A DNA stretch of 64,000 nucleotides, taken from positions 1,488,001 to 1,552,000 of the forward strand of contig OZ218964.1 in assembly GCA_965112735.1 (NCBI GenBank), read 5' to 3'. The stretch is from Phaeosaccion multiseriatum (taxonomy: Eukaryota > Protista > Ochrophyta, other classes). Below are positions 25,147-38,386 of the stretch, one piece after another. The first letter of the stretch is position 1; every line of letters starts with the position of its first letter. A model generated the notes under the pieces. The model saw only the letters and a list, made by a program, of their open reading frames with translations. It made no database searches and was not told the DNA's origin. The translations under genes and the position numbers were made by a program.

Positions 25147-27322
25147 TCACACGATGGCCGAGCTGTTCTCTTTGTCAGCCTTCCACTTCTTGTAACCAGG
25201 AATGGTGGAGGGGCTGATACGCATGGCCCGCACCTTGCCCGCAGCGATGGAGTACTTGTCGTGGTCAGTAAGGGGCTCCCCAAGCATCCACGACTGCAGC
25301 ACACTCAGGTTGTCGGAGTCAGGAGACACGAGAATGATATCTGCCCCCAGGTACTGTTTGATGGATTGTTGGCAAAAGGAGGGAGGGGGGGAAAGAGAGA
25401 AGAGTGAGTGCATGCCTGCGTTAGTGCGTGCGTGTGTGCGTGCGTGCCGGATAAGTGTGTAGCAAGTGGTATGGGCTCATATAACTTACTAACTCCCCAC
25501 TCACCGAGGTCTCTAGCTTGCTAATGAGCTGCCTGCCCCTCACAAACACGTCCTGCACTGACTCGTGGGGTGTGCCGTCTGTGTTGGGGGGGGGCCTCCA
25601 CGTCTCGTCCAGCGCGTCGTTCTTGTGCACCGCTGCCATGGCAACGGACGCCGGGGAGCCCTCCAGTGCCCCTGTGTGTGTGTGTGTGTGCGTGTGTGTG
25701 TGTGTGTGTACGGAGAGTATCGAGAGCATGCATCGAGAGTTACGCACCCCGCCCAGGAGGAGAGGGAGGGGGGTGGGGGAGATCAGCGAGGCAAGGAACG
25801 ATACGGCAAGGGAAGGCCTGAATCCAATAAACGAAGCACAGCTCTACACTACAGGCCACGCTCCATCTCCCCTCCTTGTACGACACCTACCGTAGCCTCT
25901 TGGCTCAAGGAAGCTGAACTCTGGGACGATCCTATCGTAGCCAATGTCGAGGTTTTCTGCCACAATGTGCGCAGTCTTAATGCAGCGAGAGGAGATGTCG
26001 TGGTAAATACTGGTTTTCAGGGGAAGGAGAGGAGGGGACGGGGGAGGAGAGGCCGAAGAGGAGGGTAGGGGGGGTGTAAGAGGTAGAGATACCGTGCAGA
26101 GAGCAGCGGCAGCAGCCACAGACCATACACGCCGTTCGAAGAGAAGGGAAGAGGGACATGCCCCATTACCTTCATCCTCCTTCTCCTCCTCCTCCTCCTC
26201 CATCTCCTCCTCCTCCTCCTCCTCCTCCTCCTCCTCGTCCTCCCCCTCTCCCCCTCCCGTGCTCACATGGTGTCTACGCCCCCCATAACCCCGCCTTCGA
26301 AGAGTGTCTCCGCCATGTCTTGACACTTCAGAGCGACACATTGGCAGCAATGGACAGAGGACGGACACATGCCAGCAAAAGCGCAGACCAAAGGGACCGA
26401 GGGACACACGGAGGGAGAGAGAGGTTCGCGGTGAGATGAGGGACAGAGAAAGCTGCCTTAGATGAAGTGTGCTAATTCCCTTCTCCACGTGGGCAAGCGG
26501 TGGGGGGTAATGCACGGCTGGACCCAACGAGAGGCTGCCTTTGCTACATCTTCCCACTTACCTGCCGAATACCAGCGTCGGTCAAATCATTCTCCGCGCT
26601 GAGATGCGGGGGAGGCGCGACGCCACCAAGAGACCCGGGGAGGGGAACAACAAGGACACACAGGGAGAGGCATGTGAGCTAGGAGGAAGGGAGGGTCTGG
26701 CTGCGTGTTGCCTCATCAGTCCCTCGGGGGTTAGTGAGTGAGTGAGTGAGTGAGAGACGTACCTAAGCTTGTCGATGGGGTGGCTCTGGATGACATCGGC
26801 CTCATCGCAAAACGCCTCCCCGGATCTCATCAGATAGTAGCGGTTGTTGAGCTGTTGAAGAAAAGAGTAGAAAAGTGAGGGGAGGCGGGCAGGAGGTAAG
26901 TGAGAAGTGAAAAGAAGCCCCCCTTCTCCTCCTCCTCACGTGCACAGAGGTGGCATCACCTTGAGTGGTGGATAGTCCACGAGCCCGTTTGCCGATGCCT
27001 CCAAAGGGTTACCCAACATTGCCCCACCGCCCACAGCACCGGCCAGTGCAGCCGCGGCAACACTTTGCAGGCAAAACTCCCTCCGCGTGGACGAAGACCC
27101 CTCTGCGGATGACTCGCGACCCTCGCCCTCTCCCCCTTCCACCCTGTTGGCAGCCAGAGGCGGGGTCGTGCCATGGCACGGTCGGCCGCCTTTTAAACCT
27201 TCCAGTGTTCGTGTCGGGTTTCTCCCGGCCACCATAGAAGGAACGAACGCCGATACCGTGGTAGAGAGGAGTGGGACAAGCATGGCCATCATGAGAGGCG
27301 GCACTCTCGCCATTGAAGCCAT
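25147..27322 (-). CDS. Plastid/thylakoid-targeted histidine phosphatase (phosphoglycerate mutase-like) family protein, 7 exons
   Basis: Signal peptide + VSAF motif, RR + hydrophobic + ASA lumen signal. Mature part GLVDYPPLKLNNRYYLMRSGE, IVPEFSFLEPRG, PPPNTDGTPHESVQDVFVR, IILVSPDSDNLSVLQ matches the conserved chloroplast PGM-family protein of plants and algae. Confidence 0.85.
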
Positions 27323-27510
27323 TATACGATGAAGACTTTTCTATTGTCCGGCACCTTTCTCAGAAGTCGGCCACACGTACCGGAGAATGCTGACACGGAA
27401 ACCATCGCGTGTAACCGAAAATCCTGCCTTCTTCCTCTAGTGTAGAAACACCAGCAACTCTCTTCAGACCGGCAACCTTCCGTTCGCAAATCACAACAGC
27501 AAACTTCGCA

Positions 27511-28772
27511 ATGACCACGGCATTCAAGCGCATGGGCAAGGCTCCCTCGTCGGCCATCATGCAAAGCCTCATCCCGACGTAAGTCTGCGTGTGTGGGAAG
27601 GGAGACAGACAGGGTCAAGAGACACGGGCAGGGATAGGCATGTACATCGACCGGGAGAGAGCAGAGCTCGGACAGAAGGTCTTTGGAAAGAATAGGGATA
27701 TTTCTGACCGGTTCTTTCATCCCTTTGCTTGGCGAGCTCTTCCTTTTGTTGCCTCGCAATGAAGCGGAAGGTCCGTGTTTACAGGCTCCAGCTCTCGATT
27801 CCCTTGTCCCATACGTATGCATGTGCCCCTACAGTAAGAAGGAACCGCTTCCATTGGCGATTCAGCTCGGGACCAACGCACTACGATTCACAGACGAAGG
27901 GTGGCAATTAGGTGTGTATCTGCAGAATCGCTTGGATGGTGGTGGGGGCCCTTCCTCTTGTGACGATTCGCAAAAGACCAGCTATGATGTCTACCCCATT
28001 GTTGCATGAGAACAACAAGCACCTGTAACCACTGGCTGATCAGTGCCGACTTTGCCATTGCCCGTGAACAGAGAGCGGAGAGGGAAAGGCCACTCAGCGG
28101 GAGGTGGCACGTATGCACAGCGACGTCGAGCGGCTCCTGCACGAGCTCGAGTTGTGCAAGGACAAGTTACGGCAGGTGCGTGTGTTTTACCCTGTGAGTG
28201 TTTACACCTGCCCTGACCGGTGCGTTGCTCACCACCGGCCCGGGCGAGGAGCACGCCGGAGCAGAAACATACATGCAGACCATGAGACGCTGGGGCTCTG
28301 TGCAAGACGTGCATACGCGGCTGATGGACAGGGCGAAGGAGGGGACGCGACGCAGCTCCTGGCGTGGTACTAATGTGACGCCTCTCTCCTGTCCTTCCTC
28401 CTCCTCTTTCTTGTCTTACGCTGTGTTCCCCACCAATGCTATCAATGCAGGTGAACGAAGAGTCGAACATGGTAAAGTTCCAAAACCAGCTGCTGCTGGA
28501 GATGGTGGCGGTGTCGCGGGTGGAGCAGCGCCACTTTAAGGAGGCGCTGGACTATCACGAGGTCAAGGAGGGAGAGCTCGGGAAGGAGCTGGAGGTGAGC
28601 GTGTGTGCGTGTGTGTGCGTGCGTGCGCGCGTGTGTGTGTGTGTGTGCGTGCGTGCGTGCCGCTCAGTCGGAGCGCTGCCTCACGGACCCTCCTCCTCCC
28701 TCCCCGTTCTTCTCCTCTCTTACGCATCTACAGCACGCCTACTCCAAGATCCTCGGCTCCAGCTTGGAGTAG
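27511..28772 (+). CDS. Chibby-like small coiled-coil protein. Exons ~27511-27578, 27835-27911, 28072-28174, 28451-28593, 28734-28772
   Basis: Spliced product MTTAFKRMGKAP...LAIQLGTNALRFTDEGWQL...QREVARMH...VNEESNMVKFQNQLLLEMV resembles the Chibby motifs 'L.GQSLKFENGQW' and 'EENNLL.LK..ILLDML'. All junctions are canonical and in phase. Confidence 0.65.
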
Positions 28773-29513
28773 TCCGCCGTGCTGCCAGCCAGAAGGAAGG
28801 GTCGCTGAGCGTTCAAGAGCCAGGGATACCAACGTTGACCCTTGGGCCCTAATCGCTGGGCTAGCTATCACGCATTGCATGAGAAGGACGGGTGGATAAC
28901 GTGGCAGCAGTAGCAGCATCAGCAGCAACTGCAGCAGCAGCAGCAGCAGCAGCAAGCAGCAGCGGAGGGGGAAGGGTTGGCGCCGGAGAGTTCGTCCATC
29001 CTCATCCTCCCTCTCTGACCCGATGATCCCAGGCCTTCCGCTTCTCCTCCGCCCCCTTCCCTCCCTCGCAAAGTATCTTTGCCTGTGGCAGGACTCGGAG
29101 AAGCGTGCCTCCATCGATGGAGGAAGACCTGGAGGGTAAAAACCCAAATGGTCTGGAAATACAACAGGGGAGGGGGGCTTACTTGCCCTTGGAGGATGAT
29201 GGAGAGGGGAAGGTCATGTTGTTATATGGCTCCCAACCTCATTGCTCAGTGCCCAGCAGATGGGGAAGAGGAGTGAGGAACTCGCTGTTTCGCTGCCCCT
29301 CTGCTCGGCCTTCGGCCTTTCCCTTTCTGGGCGGACTGCGAACCCCACAATTCACAATTGAAAAATGAATTTAAAAATCGACGGTTTGAGTTCAAGTTTG
29401 GATTACGGTTGGCCCTGAGGGGCACACAACCCTTTCAATGGAGTAAAACGCTGCCAAGCAACGAGGATTGGCCGCTCAGAACGAACAAAGAGTTGCACAA
29501 CCCTTCCATCAAG

Positions 29514-32139
29514 ATGAGCTCCGAGCGGTCTCCGCTGCATCCGCCTCCTTCCCCAGCATCCGCTTCCCCAGGGGAAGAGCTCTTCGGTGCGAGGTTACGG
29601 GCTAGGGGGGACTACGAGAGGCAGGATGGTCGATGGTTCGCCGTGGCGCTTGGTTCGCTGGTGGCGATGGGCTTCCTCATCATGTTCACAACCCACACCG
29701 GCAACAGCACCAGCAGCAGCAGCCAGACCGATTGGCCGGATGTGACCCTCAGAGGAAAGGACAAGAAACACGAGACCATCTACTTTCCCGGCGCCAAGGG
29801 CACAGAGCGCGTCTCTGAGCTCCGTCCCCTCTCCACCGCCCGGCCCATAGATCTGGGGCTGAGGGAGGTGGAGCGACCGAAGGGAAGCAGGCCGTCCGCG
29901 GCCTGGGGAAAGCTGCGGAAGGCATCCTTCGAGGGATCCACAAGTCTCGAGACAAACTCTTGGTGGGAGAACATTGTGCTCGGTGAGTGCGGGAGGGAGG
30001 ACGGGTAGGGAGGGGAGTCTGCTTGCGCGCGGGTGGGGGATGAGGAGAACAGTATTTCATTGTTCTCCGGTCTGTGTTACAGCTTTCGAATCTTGTCACC
30101 ATTGTTGTGCGTTGTGTGTGCGCGAAATTAGAGAATGCAAGGAATCCCTTGCCCCTTGCGTGAGCGACCCTGTCCTCCACGAAAGCCCCTCCTTCCAATC
30201 TCTCGCCAATCTCGCCTTGAACAAGCCCCACCTCTCCCTCTCCCCTCCCTCTTCGACCAAAAGGTGAGCCAACCCAAGAGGGCTCCGCCAACGCCATCGT
30301 CTCTCTCCCCTACGCCTTCGACGCGAGCGGCACCATGTCCGGCCTCCGTATGCACTGCCCGGGTGTGCAGGCAAGCTCCCTCGCAGTCCTGACCGTGTAC
30401 GATTGGCGTCAGCACCTGCTGCTGGGGGCCGAGGGAGCCTTTGGCAACCACACTGTGGTAGAGCCCGGTCCACTAGCACTCACCTTGCTGTGGGAGGAGC
30501 AGACCAAGGAGGTTGAGGAGATCGTTACCAAGACTGAGAAGAAGGTGGCAGAGGCCCGGGCAAGGGCCGGCGGGGACACGTGGGAGCAAGCGGCCCTGGA
30601 GGAAGAGATCAATAGAATTGAAGCAGACGGCGACAAGGCCCTGGGCAAGCTGCACAGAGCCGTCATGTCTGCCCCCGTGGTCCGAGGCATGCCCTTTGGA
30701 ACAGTGGAATACTTTGACGCCAAGCCCGTCATTTCGTCGGTCCAGGCGGTGGTGGGGGAGTCCATCAGAGTGGATGGCAAGTTGGTGTCTTGCAAGCACT
30801 CCAAGGTGCACATCAAGAGCGAGGCGGAGATTCACTTTGCGTACAGCGACCACACCTGGCTCGTCTTCGTTTCGCAGGTACTGTGTGCGTGTATATTTGT
30901 GTGTGTGTGTGTGTGTGTCTGTCTTGTCTGTGTGTGTATTTGTGTGTGTATGTGTGCGCGTGTGTGTGTGTGCGTGTGCGTGTGTGTGTATGCGGGGGAG
31001 GGGGTTGGATGGCACGGGCGAGGACAACACGAGCCAAGACTTGCTTTCGATTCGTCCACGACCCTTCCCGTTCCCTTACCCCCCCCCCTCCCCCCCCTGG
31101 GTACTCCCCACCCCCACCCCCCTGGGTACTCCCCTCCCTCCCCCCCTGGGTACTCCATTTCCCCTTCCCCTACACCTGTACAGCCCACGACATTCCTCTG
31201 TAACGTGGAGATGCGATGGGAGCACGGCGACCCGCCTGTCCCTGGAGGGGTAGGCGAGTTGGTGCAGAGGCCGTACTTTACCCTCACCGCGGAGGACGAG
31301 TGGGAGAGGGGAGTGGTCAGGGCAGCTCTGGCCAACAACTGCACCAGCGGTGAGTGAGGGACGGAAGGAGGGGAGGAGGGGAGGAGGGGAGGAGGGGAGG
31401 AAGGGCGTGGGCGGGGGAGGGGGGGTATGAGGTAATCGAGGGAGGGCAAGGAGGGAGGGACTGGTTAAGCGAAGCGAGTGAGTGAGGGAGCGAGGGAAAA
31501 GTGGTCGATCTAACGTGGTGCCTGGGGTGTTTGTCATTCTGGGCTGTGCTGTGCTGTGCTGTATCACCAACTGCTGTACTGTGCTACGCCGTGCTGCCCA
31601 GGCGCCTCCACGAGCACTCAGTGCGACACCATGTGGAACGGCCAGCACAAGCCGAGAGACAACTCCGCTTTCATGAAGCGCTTGCGCACCCACCACACCG
31701 TCTACCCAACCGGGGACTCCCGAGTGGGGTACGTGACGGGCAGTGAGGGCAAGTGGGTCTGGGCAGGGGGTGCCATCCAAGAGTTGAAGGACGGGGAGGA
31801 GGAGGGGAAGGACAGCAGCGACAGCAGCAGTCTTGATGAGACTGAGATCACCGACAGGCTCGCTTCTCCCCAGGACGACGCCGATGGAGGTGAGTGAGTG
31901 CGTGAGTGCGTGCGTGAGTGCGTGCGTGCCTGCTCTGCGTGCTTCAGCCGACTGGAGGAAGGGAGGAAGGGAGGGGGGGAAGGGTTGAGGGGTCTTGGGG
32001 GGAGGGAGGGAGGGAGGGAGCATCCCAACTACACCCGGTGGGGCCCACCCACCCAACCTGCAGAGCGAAGCGAAGCAAAAGCGCGTCGATAGCGGTGCCG
32101 AATACTCTTTGTGTGGTGCATGCCTGCCTGCCTGCCTGT

Positions 32140-32172
<33 letters not shown>

Positions 32173-33982
32173 TGTCTGCCTGCCTTAACACCTGCATCAT
32201 CCTTCTCCCCTTTTCTCTTTCATCCCCTCTTTCTTAACCATACTTCCCTGCTGCTCCTTTTCCTCCTCCTGCTGCTGCTGCTGCCCCATCACGGACTGCT
32301 GCTGTTGCTGTTGCTCTCTGCTTTTGTGAAATGAAGCCAAACCCTCTAGCAAGTGGCTCCGTGGAACGGTGAGTGAATGAGTATGGAGCAGAAGCGGCTC
32401 ACACGCCCTGGGGTCCGTCAGATCTTGCCCTCTACTTCAGATTTCGCCCTCTACTTTGCGGCTTCCTCCTCCTGCGTTCCGTTGGCTCCTTGCCTCTCTC
32501 CCATGCCTTTGCTCTTCTCTTTCCTCTCTTGTGTCATCCTTTGCTCTGCCCTTTTGTGCACCCCCCCCCTCTTGCTTCTCTCCATCATGATTGTTCTCTC
32601 AACGTCTTCCATCTTCCGCCATCCACTACCATCCACCTCCCCCCCCCCCCATTATCCTCGTTCCCCCTCTCTTCCCCTCTAAAGCCCAAGTCAGAGGCGA
32701 CTCTCCGCTTCATCTGGGGCGAGCGCCGAATGGACGGGAAGGACGCGCTCGCCTTGCCGGTGAGTAAGAGGGAGACAAGGGGAGAAAGAGAGAGAGAGAA
32801 AGGGGGGGGGAGGGGGGAGAAATCGCTCCCTCCTCCTCCACCACCACCACCACCACCACCTCCTCCTTCTCCTGCTCCTCCTCCTCCTCCTCCACCACCA
32901 GCATCACCACCTCCTCCTTCTCCTCCTCCTCCTCCTCCTCCTCCTCCTCCTCCACCACCACCACCACCACCACCGCCATCTGCTCCTCCCCCTCCTCTCC
33001 CTCTTACTGCCACCCACACACCTACCCACCCATCTCCCACCCCACGAACAGGAAGCGGTGGTGGCCCCTGAGGGCGGAAGCATCCACCTCTCAAAGTCTG
33101 AGACTGAGTCAGACCCTACCCCGACGCGCGACGACAAGGATCAGCTCCTCATGTTTGCTTTGCCGCACCATCTCGAGGCGCTAGAGACTGAAGGAGGTAG
33201 GTAGTAAGTCAATGGGTGGATGGCAGTGGGTGGGGATGGGCGGATGGCATATGTATGTGTGTATGGTACGACACTTGAACCTCGCAACGAAACGCCCTCA
33301 CCAACCCCACACCCCCACCATCACCCACCACGAACCCCTGACCCCACCCAACCACCACTACGAACCAACCAACCTACGAACCAACCAACCGCACCCCCAA
33401 TCGGCTGTATGCATGCATGTATGTATGTATGTATGTATGTATGTATGTATGTATGTATGTATGTTTGTATGTATGTATGTATGTATGTATGTATGTATGT
33501 ATGTATGTATGTATGTATTGCATGTATGTATTGCATGTACGGCATCACACAGTGCTGGAGGGCGGCACGGCGACTCTGCACGGCTTCGCTAAGCTGGTGA
33601 AGGGCGATCGCTGGGACATGCGCATTGACCTGCCCGCCGTAGAGCTTGAGGCCAAGCACAAAATCAGGTGGGGCACTGCGTGGGGCACCGGCAGTCATAT
33701 GGGCAGGGGCATTGCATGGGGCAAGGCCCCGTCCTCCTCCCTCCCTCCCTCCTTCCCCCTCCTCTTTATCTCTCAGCACCCCCCTTCCCAATCCGCACAT
33801 AGAGACGAGATGCTTGACCCATACGCCTCTAACACCCCCTCCCCCCCCCCCCCGCCCTCCTCGTCCTCGTCCTCCTCCTCCTCCTCCTCGTCCTCCTCCT
33901 CCTCCTCCTCCTCCTCCTCCTCCTCCTCCTCCTCCTCCTCCTCCTCCTCCTCCTCCTCCTCCTCTTCGTCCTCCTCCTCCTC

Positions 33983-34013
<31 letters not shown>

Positions 34014-34042
34014 TCCGCCTCCTCCTCCTCCTCCTCCTCCTC

Positions 34043-34073
<31 letters not shown>

Positions 34074-34610
34074 TCCGCCTCCTCCTCCTCCTCCTCCTCC
34101 TCCTCCTCCTCCTCTGCCTGTAACAACCCACACAGAGACGAGATGCTCGATGACGTCAACGCCGCTTTGGACGTTGACCTCTCTTTCGACACTCCGGACA
34201 ATTACAAGAGGGGCGCCGGAGACACGTACTTCAGCGGAAAGCTCCTCGCCAAGATGGGCAGGATCGCCATGATTGCGGTGAGTGAGGGAAGGAGGGAGGC
34301 AAAGAGGGAGAGAGGGAAGGGAGGAAGCCCATACGCCTTGACCCCTGACGCCTGACGCCTGACCCTGACCCTGACCCTGACCCTGACCCTGACCCTGACC
34401 CTGACCCTGACCCTGACCCTGACCCTGACCCTGACCCTGACCCTGACCCTGACCCTTGACCCCCGATCCCTGACCCTCTCTCCTCTGTCCCCTCTCTCCT
34501 CTGTCCCCTCTGCTCCCTCTCAGGAGGAGGTGGGGCGTCACGACGAAGCGATGGTGATGGCCAAGAGGATGCTCCCCAGTATTGAGGTACGTGCACGGTC
34601 ATGTGTGTGT

Positions 34611-34653
<43 letters not shown>

Positions 34654-36568
34654 TGTGTGTGTGTGGATGTGTGTGTGTATGTGTGTGTGTGTGTGTATGT
34701 GTGTGTGTGTATGTGTGTGTATGTGTGTGTGTGTGTGTGTGTATGTGTGTGTATGTGTGTGTGTGTGTGTGTGGATGTGTGTGGATGTATGTGCGTGTGC
34801 GCGCGCGTACGTGCCACGGCCCCGGAAATGTCTCCCAAGTATGGAGAGGAGCTCTTTTCCCTTCCTTCCTTCCTTCCTCTCTTCCTTCCTTCCTTCCTTC
34901 CTTCTTCCTTCGTTTTCCGCTCCGTTCCCCTCCCTCACCACCCGTAACCTCCCCCTCTCTCCCCGATCCCCATCTTCCTCCTCCCTCCCTCCCTCCTACC
35001 CTCTCCCCCTCCCACTCCCCTCCCCTTCCTCCTCCTCCTCCTCCTCCTCCTCCTCCTCCTCCTCCTCCTCCTCCTCCTCCTCCTCCTCCTCCTCCTCTCC
35101 TCCTCCTCCTCTCCTCCTCCTCCTCCTCCTCCTCCTCCTCCCTCTCCCCCTCCATCCGTGGCAGATTTGGTACGACCCTGATGCTGAAGCGCCTCTCCTG
35201 TACGACAAGTGGTGGGGGGGGGTCATGGCGGCCGGGTGCGACTTTGATGGAGAGACACAGACTTGCACCAATGACATTAGCAAGGGAGAGTACCCCGCTC
35301 TTACCGATGTGGGGCAGAACTTTGGAGCGGGTTTCTACAACGGTGAGGGGAGGGAGGGAGGAAGGGGAAGGGAGGGGGGCTTTCTTGCGATTGGTTGATT
35401 GATTCATGGACCCTGTCCTGCAGTTGCTCCCGTTCCAACCCACGCACTCTCTTCTCCCAACTTATCTCGCACTGACCTTCCCTCTTCTTCCTCCTCCTCC
35501 TACTCCTCCTCCTCCCCCCCCCCGTCCTCCTCCTTCTCCTTCTCACCCTCTCCTCTCCCTCCTCCTCCTTCTCCTCCTCCTCATCCTCCTCCTTCTCCTC
35601 CTCCTCATCCTCCTCATCCTCCTCCTCCTCCTCCTCCTCCTCCTCCTCCTCCTCCTCCTCCTCCTCCTCCTCCTCCTCCTCCTCCTTCTCCTCTTCCTCC
35701 TCCTCCTCCTCCTCCTCCTCCTCCTCCTCCTCCTTCTCCTCCTCCTCCTCCTCCACCTAACGCATCGCAACACTACAGACCACCACTTCCACTACGGCTA
35801 CCACATCTACGCCGCCGCCATCGCCTCCTACTTCTACCCCGAGTGGGGCGCCGAAAACTACGAGAAGGTGCTGCTGCTCATTCGCGACATCGCAAACCCC
35901 TCCCCGGATGACCCCCACTTCCCCCAGGTCAGTGATTGGTTGGAGAGTGAGGGCGGTTGGTTGGTAGGGTGGTGGGCTGGGTGCTTGGTTGGTTAGTTGG
36001 TTGGTTGGTTGGTTGGTTGGTTGGTTGGTTGGTTTGGTTGCCACCTTTGGCTTGCTTAGACTCGGACTTCTCCACCCCACCCCCCTTCCCCTTCTTGCCC
36101 TTCTCACTCACTCCTCACCCCCCCCCCCCACCCTGATACACCACCCACCCAACCCAACAACGCACCCACCCACCCATTGACTTACTACAGTTCCGCCACA
36201 AGGACTGGTACCTGGGCTCCTCCTGGGCGCTGGGTATCCCCACCCTCGGAGGCGTCCCTTACAGCAACGGCCGCAACCAAGAGAGCAGCAGCGAGGCCGT
36301 CAACGCTTACGATGCCATCACGCTCTATGGAGAGATTATGACCCGTGCTTTTGCTTCTTTGGGGGACCTGGCTGGGGCCAATGCAGCATCGCACGTGAGG
36401 GCAACGGGGCGTATGCTTACAGGCACTGAGATTCGCTCGGCACAGGTGGGTGCGTGGGTGCGTGGGTGCGTGGGTGGGTGGGTGCGTGGGTGCGTGCGTG
36501 GCCTATGGATTGATTGCGGTAGAAGCTCCGTTTTTGGTTGATTGATTGTTTGATTGTTTGTTTGATTG

Positions 36569-36599
<31 letters not shown>

Positions 36600-37143
36600 C
36601 GCTGCTATTTAGGGATAGATATAGTACAGCGTGATGCTTACGTACGCTTCGCTTCTCTCTCTCTCCGCCCCTCCCGTTGAGTAGGTGTACTGGCACGTGC
36701 GTGAGCCGGGCTCTCCGGGCACCCCTCGCGTGTACCCAGGTACGTCACACACACACCCCGTCGTATCAGATCTAATCATCCCAAGCAATCAATCAATAAT
36801 TCAATCTTCCCTCCCTCCCTCCATACCTACCTGCCTACCTACCTACCTCCCTCCCTCCCCCCCTCCCTCCCTCCCCCTCCTCTACCACCCCTTGCACCAA
36901 TCAACTTCTGTTCTCACCTCTCACCCCTCGCCCTCCCTCACCGCTGACCCTTTCCTTCTTTTCCTTCCCTCTCTCTCAGAGGTGTACGAGCCGAAGGTGG
37001 TGGGCATGTTGTGGAGTACCTTGGCGCAGATGCAGACGTGGTTCGGCTCGGCCCCCTACCTCGTGTTCGGCATTCAGATCCTGCCCCTCACCGCCGTCTC
37101 GGGCAAGCTGCTCGAGAAGGAGTGGGTCTCGCAAATGATAGAC

Positions 37144-37203
<60 letters not shown>

Positions 37204-38386
37204 TGAGTGAGTGTGTGTGTGTGTGTGAGTATGTGTGAGTGAGTGTGTGTGAGTGTGTGTGTGTGAGTGGTTGTGTGTGGGTGAGTGTGGGTGAGTGAGT
37301 GTGTGTGAGTGTGTGTGAGTGAGTGCCATGCCTTTATCCCTCAACAGAAACATGATGATTACGTATGATTACGTAGGATACTCCGACTTCTCATGCGACC
37401 TCCCCTCTCTCTCCCCCTCCGTCTCCCTCTCTCTCTCCCTCCCGCCTTCTCTCCCTCCCCCCTTTCTCTCTCCCTCCCCCTCCCTCCCTCCCTCCCTCCC
37501 TCTCTCTCTTCCTCTCTCCCTCTCTTCCTCTCTCTCTCTCTCTCTCTAGACCTTGGCGAGTCTTGCTTCCCCAACGGAGACCCCACAGACATGTCCAATC
37601 CCTGCGTCGAGTCGGTGAGTGCAACTATGCGTGTGCGTATTACCTTACATTACATAGAGTGCCGTCCTGTGCAGTGCTATTGTGCGTGTGTGTATTACCT
37701 TCCATTACTAGAGTGCAGTGCAATTGTGCGTGTGTGTTACCTTACATTACATGACCTAAAGAGGAGGGGGAGAGCCCGACTCGACTGCCGTGTCTTGCTT
37801 GTCGAACGGACTGAGCTCACAAGCGCTGTCAAGCCAAATCAGTCACCATCGCTCTGGCCCTGCGGAGTAGCTTCAACCCCAACCCCCCATCCATACAGTG
37901 CCATCTCTTACCCCATCGCCCCCCCCCCCCTCCTCCTCTCTCCCTCCACACCCCCCACACGGCACCTACCTCTGCTCCTACCCCTTCACAATCATACACT
38001 ATATATGTATATGTAATTATTAATAATTATATAAATACAAATTACAGGGATGGTCTATCAACTACCACGCGGTGCAGGCCATCAACGACGATTGGCAGGG
38101 CGCGTGGGAGGGCGTCCAGAGCCTGCCACACTCTGTGTTTGAGGGGCCAGGGGGCGACGGACACAGCCGCTCCAACACCTTGTGGTGAGTAGGGAGGGGA
38201 GGGGAGGGGAGAGGAGGGGAGCGGAGGTAGAGGGTAGGCGGGGGCAGGGGAGGGGACGGGACGGGACGGGACGGGAGGGGAGGGGAGGGGGATGTTCTCT
38301 CCGTCTCGTACACTCAGAAGAGAGACTGACCTGCACGTTTGTCCTTCCTTCTCAGGTTCATTGCCACACGAGGAGACGAGAGCTAG
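29514..38386 (+). CDS. Glycoside hydrolase family 81 endo-1,3-beta-glucanase with N-terminal transmembrane anchor, ~18 exons
   Basis: TNSWWENIVLG; APVVRGMPF; DTYFSGKLLAKMGRI; LLYDKWWGGVM; NFGAGFYNDHHFHYGYHIYAAA; FRHKDWYLGSSWALGI; NGRNQESSSEAVNAY (catalytic E residues); GHSRSNTLWFIATR. TM segment WFAVALGSLVAMGFLIMF. Confidence 0.93.
34340..34475. repeat. (CCCTGA)n / (TCAGGG)n hexamer array in a GH81 intron
   Basis: About 15 perfect copies plus degenerate flanks. Confidence 0.9.
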
